DNA of 26,165 bases from Macrostomum lignano (lineage: Eukaryota), in contig NIVC01004044.1 of the NCBI GenBank assembly GCA_002269645.1, positions 1-26,165 on the forward strand. The letters are read 5' to 3'. Made by a program: the position numbers and the translations under genes. A model generated the notes under the pieces. The model had not been told where the DNA came from and ran no database searches. It worked only from the letters and a program-made list of their open reading frames with translations. Positions within the stretch are counted from its first letter, which is position 1; every line of letters starts with the position of its first letter. Positions 11,394 to 21,037 of this stretch are shown piece after piece.

Positions 11394-11990
11394 TTAAACA
11401 AAACTGGAAGTCATGTAGGGTGTCCGGCATACCACCGTGTCAGCTGGTTTCGCCGCAGTCGATGTACCCGCAGCTGCTAATGACGCTGGCGTTTCGGCTA
11501 GCATGGCGTATCCGGGATGCTGATGCTGCTGCTGATAGCGCTGATGATCCGCGTAGCGATTCTCTTCAACTCGACCAATTAAATTGCTGTACTCTTTGTT
11601 TTCTATTGTCTGGCGACCAGTTTGAGAGGTTGATGAAGTGCCTACAGCGGCAGCTGCGGCGGTTGTCTGTTGAAACGCTGTAGCTTTTCTCGGCAGCCTA
11701 TCGGAGCCCCTGCCGTAAGTCTCGTAATGGGTCTTGGCTTGTTGTTGCTGCTGCTGATCCATAGCGCCATGTTGTCCATTGTAAGCGCCTACGCTTAATC
11801 CGCCGCGCTGCTTGTCAATGGAAGACAAATAGCCAAAACTAGGATACTTGTTGCGCACTATTGAACCGAGAGCGTTGCCAGCGGCTGACAGCGGTGAAGC
11901 ACCGGTGCCGTTTGGATTGTTTGGGTTGTCGGCGAAGCGATAAAATCCTAGGCCGGTTTCCGTAGCAACCTCGCTTGGCTGTTCTTCAAC
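11394..11990 (-). CDS. Protocadherin coding exon 3 (C-terminal cytoplasmic tail, VEEQPSEVAT...CRTPYMTSSFV*)
   Basis: Acceptor ...AAATCCGCAG| ends at 11991. The phase-0 frame is open from 11990, continues into the supplied 11394-11858 ORF, and ends at TAA 11396-11394. Confidence 0.85.
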   Translation of the reverse strand, partial: VEEQPSEVATETGLGFYRFADNPNNPNGTGASPLSAAGNALGSIVRNKYPSFGYLSSIDKQRGGLSVGAYNGQHGAMDQQQQQQAKTHYETYGRGSDRLPRKATAFQQTTAAAAAVGTSSTSQTGRQTIENKEYSNLIGRVEENRYADHQRYQQQHQHPGYAMLAETPASLAAAGTSTAAKPADTVVCRTPYMTSSFV

Positions 11991-12286
11991 CTGCGGATTT
12001 TTTTATATTGTTATGAAATAAGAGATTTCCATGAAGATGCGCTACGAAATGTAAACCAAAGCAGGAATACACGAAACATAAAAGGAAACTTTAACAAAAT
12101 GTTTTGTCTATGGTATATTTATTTCACTTTTGCTTCATCTCCGAGGTGCTTAAGTAGGCGACAAACAGGTCTGGCTGCTAACATGCTTAACTATGAATAG
12201 TCGGAACTTCCGATGATTGATTACTGAATATTTGACTCCAACGAGGACATTTAATAGCTGCTGATTGCTGTTAAGATATGGGCGCA

Positions 12287-12458
12287 CATGCTTCGGCGCA
12301 ACCTAGGGATTCACCCGGCCGTTTCTATTGGCAACGCACACATGTAAGTCGCTATTGGACAGAATAGTAGTCACGTGACTGCTCTCAGCCAATAGCGACT
12401 TACATGAGTGTGTTGCCAATAGAAACGGCCAGGTGATTCCCAAGGTTGCGCATGTATG
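12287..12458. mobile_element. Palindromic MITE-like element (172 bp) in protocadherin intron 2, with an 8 bp TSD (hAT-like)
   Basis: Arms 12296-12358 and 12389-12451 are reverse complements at 58/63 positions. The central palindrome AGTCACGTGACT is at 12369-12380. TGGGCGCA is directly repeated at 12279-12286 and 12459-12466. The element starts CAT and ends ATG. Confidence 0.7.
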
Positions 12459-12569
12459 TGGGCGCACGGTATCCTACTGTACTGGTACTGACCGATATGT
12501 TTGCTTCGTTTGTAAATGATATCCACTAAACTACTTGCCAGGGTGTAAAACAGTGATTACTCTACTCAC

Positions 12570-12637
12570 CGTGTCGCCGTTGGCTTTGTCGTACCAAACT
12601 CCTGGATGTCGGGTCCGATTTCTTGCTGTGCGTCGGC
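12570..12637 (-). CDS. Protocadherin coding exon 2 (68 bp; juxtamembrane (G)RRTARNRTRHPGVWYDKANGDT)
   Basis: Pyrimidine-rich acceptor TTCTTCCATTTCATTTTCAATAG| and donor |GTGAGT at 12569. Phase 1 in and phase 0 out join exons 1 and 3 in frame. A basic cluster immediately after the TM helix fits the positive-inside rule. Confidence 0.85.
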
Positions 12638-12714
12638 CTATTGAAAATGAAATGGAAGAATAATTTTTGTATCTGTGTTCCTTTTGTGCAAATTATTGAG
12701 TGTTTTTTACTCAC

Positions 12715-15286
12715 CTCTGGCGTGAACGTATAGTAGAATCACTAACAGCGCAACAAAGACAACGAAGACTACGGCGGCCAAGCAGAGTAGAATGAGCAGA
12801 TTCTGGTCCGTTTTCAAAATTTCAACTCCTCGTTGTCCTCCGCCACCGCCGGCTCGATTACCCGGCTTTGTCGCTTGATTGACCCGGCGACCGTGCTCAG
12901 ACGCCTGGCCGGAGCTGACATGTACAAACGTTGTGTACTTGATGCTATGCAGCGGTGGATTGCCGTTATCGCGAACGCCAATGCCTAGCCGGTAGGTCTG
13001 CGATTGAAAGCCGTCTTCTGGTTGGTTGTTTTTTAGACTGCCGCTCAGAGTGACTATGCCGTGTTTGCCGTCTATTGTGAAACGGTTGGCTTCGGTTTCG
13101 TCTAGGATGTAGGTGAGCGTGCCGTTCTCTCCAGCGTCCAGGTCTGTGCCGCTCACTTGCAAGACAGGCGTGCCAGCTGGACTGTTCTCCGATAGATTGT
13201 ACACCTTTTGCAGGCCTTGAATACTCGGCGCATTGTCGTTGACGTCGTTCAGTGTAATAGTAACCCTGGCCGAGCCTTTGTGCTTTGCTGGGCCGCGATT
13301 TCTAGCGAATATCTCCAGGTTGATTATCTCCTGCTTCTCGCGATCGAAATTGCCCTCGCCGTACAGGTGGCTTCCATTAAAGTAGAAATACATACCAGAT
13401 ATGCCAACGTCCGCTAGGCTGGCTTGGTACTGCCGGTTTACTTCATACCAGATCATTTGATTAGCGCCAATATCGGCGTCTGTTGCTTTCACCTCGCCAA
13501 TGTAGCGCTTCGATAGGTTTCTTCCGTAGTCTTCTTCTATTCTGAACATGTATTCGCGAAACTGAAATGTCGGCACTGAATCGTCTTCATCGACAATGGT
13601 CACCTCTACGGTAGCTGTTGAAGTTCTCTGCTCTTTGAGTCCGCTATCCGCTACAGTGACTGTGAATCTGTAGTGATCGATCTGTTCTCTATCAAAGCTG
13701 ACAGCTGAGTAGATTTCCGCCATGTTGTTGCCCTGATTGCGGATTACAAAGTTTCTCGATCCGTCGCTGTGTAGGCTAAACTTTAGCCGCGCATTCTCGT
13801 CAATATCGTCATCTCTGGCCGTCACTCGGCCAACTAGCGTGTTTGGCGGACTGTTCTCATGAATACGAAACGTGTAAAGCTTGGATTCTATTCTTGGTGC
13901 ATTGTCGTTTTCGTCTAGTATCATTATTTTGACTTCCTTACGACCGACTCGTGGACTGTCGCCCTTGTCCGTGCAGATTATGTCGACTCTAACCTCTCCG
14001 CCCGATGTTGCCTCTCTGTCGAAGGAAACGTGAGCCAATTTCTTTAGCTTGTAAATTGTTTTGTATTGGCCGTCTGTTATTCTATTAGTCAGTTGGAATT
14101 TCCGCTTGTTAGGGACGCCAATTACGCAGTCAACCGTGCCGTTGTTTCCTTCATCTTCGTCTACTACTAGAATTCGCGCTAGCACCTTTTCTGTTTCGTC
14201 GTTTTCCAAAATTTTGTCCTCAATCATCTCCACCGTTATGTTTGGGTAGTGATCGTTGCAATCGGTGACGCGTAATTCAACGTAGGTTTCAACAGTCGAG
14301 CCGCCTCTATCCTCCGCAACTAGAGGTATGTATAACACCTTTTTGCGTATTTTTTCATAGTCAAGTGACTGATTCTGTTTCAGTTTGTCTCCGCTAATGT
14401 AAAACGACTTAGCCACGTCTTTCCCAGCCGCTTTGCCGATGCTGTACGTGATTCTTTCGTTCAAGTCCTCGTCTGTTGCGTTTAGTTTTAGCAAAGGCCG
14501 GTGCAATCTGTCGCACTCGGATATTGTTATCGACTGCTTTGCTAGACGCCATTGTGGCTTATTATCGTTAGCGTCTAAAACTTCTATTTGAATGTCGGCG
14601 CTATCTTGATCTTGCGGATGCTGTTCGTCGCTAACTAATAGTTGAAGCTCATAATTGTCTTTAGTTTCTCTATCCAGAGCTTTAATTAGCTCGAGTTTTG
14701 GCACTCTCTTGCTACCGCGCTCTTCTAAAAACAATTTGAAGTACATCCCTGCGTCGCCAATCATTTTTAAATCGTATTTGACATTGTCGTATCTATCGGA
14801 ATCGCCATCTTCTGCAGTTGGTAGCGAGTAGTAGCTAGGCGGATTATCAGATTCCGGTATGCTAATTCGAAACTTTTTATGCTTAGCCTCGAACTTTGGT
14901 CGCTGGTCGTTCACATCGTTAATTATGAGGCGAATGACGATGACCTCTTCTTGACCTGTGCCACCTCGTTTCACCTCGACATTAAATGTGCGCAGGCACT
15001 CCAGCGGTTTGTTCGGGCAAAGCACTTCGCGATCTAACCTAGCGATGGTGCTCAAGGCTCCTGTGCGACTTTCCAGTCGGAACAGACGCCTGATCTCTGG
15101 ATCCGGGAACAGCATGTTGAATTGGCTGCCATCTGGGTAGCTGAATCGCGTCTTCAAATTGCCAATTTCGTTGCCAATAGGAATCTCTTCTTTGGTGTAA
15201 AAAGTCACTGTTGGTTGACTGTCTTGGCTAACTGCTAGTAAAATCGGCCATAGTGTTGAAATCAGAGTTATACAATTTTGTAACAT
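12715..15286 (-). CDS. Protocadherin coding exon 1: signal peptide, 7 extracellular cadherin repeats and TM helix (non-clustered, 7-EC protocadherin)
   Basis: The 859 aa ORF has repeated xE, DxD, DRE/DYE and DxND(N)xP calcium-binding linkers (six DxNDxxP-type linkers giving 7 ECs). EC1 has the protocadherin-type DRExLC...C cysteine pair. It has a hydrophobic N-terminus and TM LLILLCLAAVVFVVFVALLVILLYV. Donor G|GTGAGT at 12714 lies just before the in-frame TAA. The spliced CDS is 3237 nt = 1078 aa + stop. Confidence 0.96.
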
Positions 15287-15459
15287 GATTGTTCTTAATC
15301 ACGCATGACCTTTTGCTAAAAAATTAATGCAGGTAAAAGGTATTCCTAGATTTTTTTAAATCTAATAGTTCTCAACAGTTTGCCGTCTTGACCTGCAATT
15401 TTATCAGGCGGCCTCCACCTACCCAAACACGCATTGCTTGGCTTCTAATTCTCTATCCC

Positions 15460-15468
15460 TCATTGGCT
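15460..15468 (-). promoter_or_regulatory. Candidate CCAAT box (AGCCAATGA) upstream of the protocadherin ATG
   Basis: Matches the NF-Y consensus RRCCAATSR about 175 bp upstream of the start codon. The transcription start is unknown. Confidence 0.2.
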
Positions 15469-16083
15469 GATTGCCGCAGACCAACTGCTGCTCTCCGCCC
15501 CGTCACTTTGCTTATGTATTCCACGGTCCCAGCAAAATCCATTTGCTTTCTGGTTCCGTTGGTGATTTTCATCATCGCGTCTTTCTTCCAATGCTGGCCA
15601 TTTCTCTCACCCATTCAGTCGCCACTCTCTCCCTCCCTATCTCGCCTCCCCTTTTATTTTTTTACAATCCCAGCCACTCCAAAGCTTTTTTGCAGCTCAC
15701 CCTCGACAATCAGCGCGCCTTGCCCCTCTTTGTTTTCCTCTTCTCCTCTTTTTTGTTGCGTGCCATATTTTCCCCCTTATTTTGCACAACACGCCCTCCA
15801 ACACGGAAGGGCCTTTCCAGTCATTTTCACCGCTCTTACCTTTACTCGCCTGTCCGCTTAACCTGCTGCCACCCTTCCGTTTCCTCCGCCGCCTTGTTTC
15901 TCCTTTCTCATTAATAATGCCCCGATGCACCCCCCAACCCCAGGGCCACAGCTAAGGGCCCTGTCGCAAGCTTGAACGTTGGCGCGTAAAAAAGTCATTA
16001 CTGGGCAATATGACTGAGAGCTTTGCCTAATGTTAATTTTTAACACCTAAGCTCATTTATTGCACTATACTAGGGGATGCTGG

Positions 16084-16128
16084 CTGACTGACTGACTGAC
16101 TAACTAACTCACTAACTCACTAACTTAC
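16084..16128 (+). repeat. Short compound microsatellite (CTGA)n(CTAA)n(CTCA)n
   Basis: Direct reading. A similar (GACT)n run is at about 16348-16362. Confidence 0.8.
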
Positions 16129-16563
16129 TGGTTGGTACACAGCTTAAAAACCTAGCATTGATTAGATATATGTTTAGGCACATCTGGTATAATCACTCGT
16201 ACGTAAGAAAATACTTACTAAACCCTGTGTTAGTGTAAAAACGATCATTCAAATTTTCTTAACGGGTAAAAAGGAAGTTTGCATACGAAGCATTAGAACT
16301 GATAAGATTATAGCTTTTATCTACTGTTTTCTAGACCAGCTTTGACGGACTGACTGACTGACTTTTAACCCAACTTTTGTTGGCTCTAGGGCCCAAGCTA
16401 TCTATCATGTGACTTTTAACTTCTATGTTCATTTACTATGGAACAATTGAATTCCAAATTATTTATTTGGGAATCCATGGAAGTTTAGTCTAGTACAGGG
16501 AGTCCATCCGTAGTTAGCGACGAACCTTAGGCACACACTCGCATGTGGATGCGTACGCACAAT

Positions 16564-17034
16564 GGCGCTAAGAGACAGGGGCGCCTACTAAGAGACAGAG
16601 GCGCCCACCAAGAGACAGGGCGCCCACCAAGAGACAGGGGCGCTCACCAAGACATTGGGGCGCCCACCAAGAGACAGGGGCGCCCACCAAGAGACAGGGG
16701 TGCCCTCCAAGAGACAGGGGCGCCAGCTAAGAGACAAAGGCGCCCACCAAGAGACAGGGGCGCCAACTAAGAGACATGGGCGCCCACCAAGAGACAGGGC
16801 GCCCACCAAGAGACAGGAAAGCTCACCGAGACATTGGGGCGCCCACCAAGAGACAGGGGCGCCCACCAAGAGACAGGGGCGCCCTCCAAGAGACAGGGGC
16901 GCCAGCTAAGAGACAGAGGCGCCCACCAAGAGACAGGGCGCCCACCATGAGACAGGGGCGCCAACTAAGAGACAGAGGCGCCCACCAAGAGACAGGGCGC
17001 CAACCAAGAGACAGGGGCGCTCACCAAGAGACAG
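16564..17034 (+). repeat. 20 bp minisatellite AAGAGACAGGGGCGCCCACC with a 179 bp internal duplication
   Basis: About 23 units. Variant markers CATTGGGG (16653, 16832) and CCAGCTAAG (16723, 16902) are both 179 bp apart. Confidence 0.97.
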
Positions 17035-17554
17035 TCTAGTGTTTCACTACTGACCTGCTCTATGATTTATGTCTCTATACTGAGATTCTAAATAATTGAC
17101 TCTGAGTAGCTCAGTTATAAAAACCATTAAGAGCCTGCTGACGATGCTTTTGCCTAAAATGTGAAAAATCATAATGAAAAATGGTTATAGGTTTTTTTTC
17201 TCTGAAAATCAACTAATTCAACCGACACTTGGGCGCCTGCATACGAGTATTTTCTCTCAGTTAGCTAAAGCTTTTGTTTCACTTTCATTGCAGAGCGATT
17301 GCTTCCGTGTGTCAGTTTTTAGCGGCAATGTTTCGGCTGGGGGGGGGGTGTTTTTATTGGCATGCCCCAGTGCTTTCGCTTTGCTTCCAGTTTTGCTGCA
17401 TGGCTTGCTTCTCATACATTATTTCTGCTGTTGATTAGAATGCGTAAATTAATGCTTTGCATTGGTCGGGATTCTGTTGGATATCAAAGAGTCAAAACCG
17501 CTGTACACCTTGTGTGAGTGTGTGTATGAGTGCGTGAGTGAATCGGTGTTGTCA

Positions 17555-18008
17555 GCACTCATTTAGCGCCGCAGGCACTCATTTTAGCACCGCAGGCACT
17601 CATTTTAGCGCCGCAGGCACTCATTTTAGCACCGCAGGCACTCATTTTAGCGCCGCAGGCACTCATTTTAGCACCGCAGGCACTCATTTAAGCGCCGCAG
17701 CCACTCATTAGCGCTGCAGGCACTCATTTTAGCGCCGCAGGCACTCATTTTAGCGCCGCAGGCACATTTTAGCGCCGCAGGCACTCATTTTAGCACCGCA
17801 GGCACTCATTTTAGCGCCGCAGGCACTCATTTTAGCACCGCAGGCACTCATTTAAGCGCCGCAGCCACTCATTAGCGCTGCAGGCACTCATTTTAGCGCC
17901 GCAGGCACTCATTTTAGCGCCGCAGGCACATTTTAGCGCCGCAGGCACTCATTTTAGCACCGCAGGCACTCATTTTAGCGCCGCAGCCACTCATTAGCGC
18001 TGCAGGCG
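17555..18008 (+). repeat. 21 bp minisatellite GCACTCATTTTAGCGCCGCAG with a 164 bp internal duplication
   Basis: About 22 units. Variants TTTAAGCGCC (17687, 17851) and GGCACATTTT (17761, 17925) are both 164 bp apart. Confidence 0.97.
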
Positions 18009-19123
18009 CTATGTTTTGCAGCCAAATGCATTCATGCAAAGCAGCAAAAACCAAAAATAAGAGTAAAAAATAAGCAAAAAGTCTACATTTTGCATTTAAA
18101 ATGTGGAGGGGCCAGATACCATTACTAGCGACCCCCTTTTTAAAGTGGGGGGGGCATGGCCCCACTGCCCCCCCCGTTCCTACACCTATGATTGCCGTCG
18201 GCGTTGGTTGTGGGACGATGTCGCCGAAGGGTGCCCCCACGTGGCCCTCGTGTGAATAATGATTTTTCTTTGTTTCACCTGTCTGTCTCCCTATCTGTAT
18301 CTTGGTTTGTTTGTCTGTTACTGTTTCACTGTTTCATGTTTAGAAGGGCTCTCCCGTTTGTATCTTTTCCTATACACTCATCTTGACTCTCTCATCTTTA
18401 TATCCTTGACAATTTTCTCTGTTTAACTGACAAGTTATCATTGGTACGCAAAGGCTACTGCCTCTCCCCCTCTGCTGTTCTCTGATCTCCATCCACCCGT
18501 CTAATTATCGTAATTGAATGAGTTGGATTGCCCAAAGGCATTCGTGTTTTAATTTCATTTTTGCTTCTCAGGAAATGCTGCTTTTGTGTTGCTGCTACAA
18601 ACGAGACACGCAAGTGTCCAGTGTCCAGTTCGTCCACATCGCTGATTGGTAGGTTCTAAGAAATGTGTTTAATCTCTAACCCGAATCTGTAGGCTTTCCG
18701 GGCCTCGGTAAAAAAATCCCGAGTGCGTCGATCCTCTTCATCCGCAGAACTTGCCGCCAAAAGTTAGCAAACTTTTTAGTAGTGCCTTTAGTCTCCTGAT
18801 GCTTATCTACTGTTTCTGTTTGGGCTTTGGTTGGCCCTATATATGGGGTCCACTAATTGGCTAGCTAAACATTTTCTTTCACCTTAGCTCTGGGTCATAA
18901 ATTATTATTGTGTCGGGCTTGCCGTCAGAACGGGAGAATACCGGGTAATTATCAGTTTCGTTGCTGAGGGCATGGTTTTCAATTCCTACTGGAGTGTTTT
19001 TTAGACCACTTTCTGTTCGCTATCTTGGCACCGGTTCGGGTGTCGTTCATCAGGAGGGATTGTAGTCAGCGGGGAGGGGGAGAGGGTCGCGCACACCAGC
19101 CCCTCGATTGACTGGCAAAACCA

Positions 19124-19478
19124 TTTGGCGCCACCTTGCTGTAGCTTTGGCGCCACCTTGCAGTAGCTTTGGCGCCACCTTGCAGTAGCTTTGGCGCCAC
19201 CTTTCAGTAGCTTTGGCGCCACATTTCAGTAGCTTTGGCTCCACCTTGCAGTAGCTTTGGCGCCACCTTGCAGTAGCTTTGGCGCCACCTTTCAGTTGCT
19301 TTGGCGCCACCTTGCAGTAGCTTTGGCGCCACCTTGCAGTAGCTTTGGCGTCACCTTGCAGCAGCTGTGGCGCCTCCTTGCAGTAGCTTTGGCGCCACCT
19401 TGCAGCAGCTGTGGCGCCCCCTTGCAGTAGCTTTGGCGCCACCTTGCAGTAGCATTGGCGCCCTCTTACAGTAGCTTT
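19124..19478 (+). repeat. 22 bp minisatellite TTGCAGTAGCTTTGGCGCCACC
   Basis: About 16 tandem units read directly. Confidence 0.97.
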
Positions 19479-19568
19479 GGCGCCCCTGGTGCTGGCGCCC
19501 CTGGTGCTGGCACCCCTGGTGCTGGCGCCCCTGGTGCTGGCGCCCCTGGTGCTGGCGCCCCTGGTGCT
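19479..19568 (+). repeat. 15 bp minisatellite GGCGCCCCTGGTGCT x6, fused to the 22 bp array
   Basis: Six units (one G>A variant). The junction shares the GGCGCC core of the last 22-mer. Confidence 0.96.
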
Positions 19569-20213
19569 GGGTTTAAGGTCAAATCGAATAGGCTAAACAC
19601 TTGTTGAAACTCGTTGCAATATACCTGTTTTACAAAATCTCTATAATAAACCGTTTCGTTTTTTATTAATGCATATATACACTTGTAGTAACAAAAGTAA
19701 TATAATAATCGTATAGCTAAAATAGGGTTCGCAGTTCCCTAGTTTCTAGAAGCAGTTAGCACTGACTAATGCCTCTAACCTCCATCTGCATCTGCAGCTG
19801 TCCCACCTTTTTTAACCGAGTCAGCACCCCCAGGCCCGGCCGTAAAATTGTCAGCTGCTAACAATTATTCACCGTATAGGGCTTCTGTTAGCCAATATTA
19901 TATATTGCTTAGCTAAGAATAGGGCTTCGTTTTACCTTTCAATTCTAGTGTGGGATTCGCTTCATCACCTCCTTATCGGCTATAGGGGTTTGGTGGAGGC
20001 CCAGTGGTGAGGCTGGGGTGTATCTGTTGCCGCGCAATTATCATTTCCTTGTTTGAAGTCACCCCTGGTCGCGATTTTTTACGAGCTGCCATGGAGACTT
20101 GAAACCTGAAGCTGGCGGTAACAGCCCTTGTTCGACTTTAGTCCCTGTCCTAGCAATCTAGTCTGATGCTTGGCCTACCAACAAATTTCAGTTTACCCTG
20201 TGGCATCTGAGCT

Positions 20214-20513
20214 ACCCCTATGAGCCACAGCATTTCAGCATATCAGGGGTTCCCCATGAGCCTTGACATCTCAGCAGCGATTCTTCATCAGCCTTGACAT
20301 CTCAGCAATTCTCCATGAGCCTCGACATCTCAGTAATTCCCCCCGTGAGCCTCGTGACATCTCAGCAATTCCCCCATAAGCCTTGACACCTCAGCAATAT
20401 CCCCATGAGGCTTGACATCTCAGCAATTCCCCCATGAGCCTTGATATCTCAGAAATTCTCCCATGAGGCTTTTTTGACATCTCAGCAACCCCCCTCCCCC
20501 TATCATGAGCCTT
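20214..20513 (+). repeat. About 29 bp minisatellite TTGACATCTCAGCAATTCCCCCATGAGCC
   Basis: About 10 moderately diverged units with small indels. Confidence 0.93.
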
Positions 20514-21037
20514 TCTAAACAGCACCTTTTTAATTGTCAGTTTGTAGTGTTTTAAGTTCCCTATGGTGTCACGATAAACAGTTTTTGAGAAGAAATTTTG
20601 CCGCACTCCAGTTTCTATGCTTTAAGACCTCCTTGCCAGCCACTCAATTCCATCAGCGATACCAGCTGTCGCTAAACATTCTTTCCTTTTAACCATCTAA
20701 GTCTCTAATTAGCTGGAAATTTGGAGCATTAGAAAGTGGCTTGTTTCACTTATAAGACTAATGACGCGTTGGCTAGATCTCTGCTAACGAGAATTGTTGT
20801 GTTAGTTTCTAAAATCCAATTCTTAGTATGTTTGAAATCCATGAATTTTTTAGCTTGTCAACTCGAGATATTGATAAATAGAAGTTGATAGGGGGGGGGG
20901 GTATTGGGACTGAACACCTGGTGTTAGTTAGTCAAAGTCATAATTAATGACGTCATTTTAGGGACGGTTCTTAAAACCTACCCTATTGTCGCGCATCAGC
21001 TCAAATCTTCATTGCAGGATCTAAATTTACAAAAAGA

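Noticed and set aside
12707-12714. ORF-track stop at 12707 as the real protein end
   Set aside because: A strong GTGAGT donor precedes it and in-frame downstream exons give a full cytoplasmic tail. It is kept only as a possible intron-retention isoform.
11420-15140. Plus-strand ORFs 11420-11683, 13208-13417, 14061-14249 and 14958-15140
   Set aside because: They are antisense shadows of the protocadherin exons.
15388-15930. ORFs of 77-157 aa upstream of the protocadherin
   Set aside because: CT-rich low-complexity sequence giving Phe/Ser/Leu/Pro-rich frames. This is more consistent with promoter or UTR sequence.
16543-19568. ORFs with RDRGAHQETG, ACGAKMS, ARWRQSYCK and GAPGA (collagen/elastin-like) repeats
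   Set aside because: All derive from minisatellites. The 20 and 22 bp periods shift frame, and the 15-mer GAPGA frame is only 30 codons with no start or splice context.
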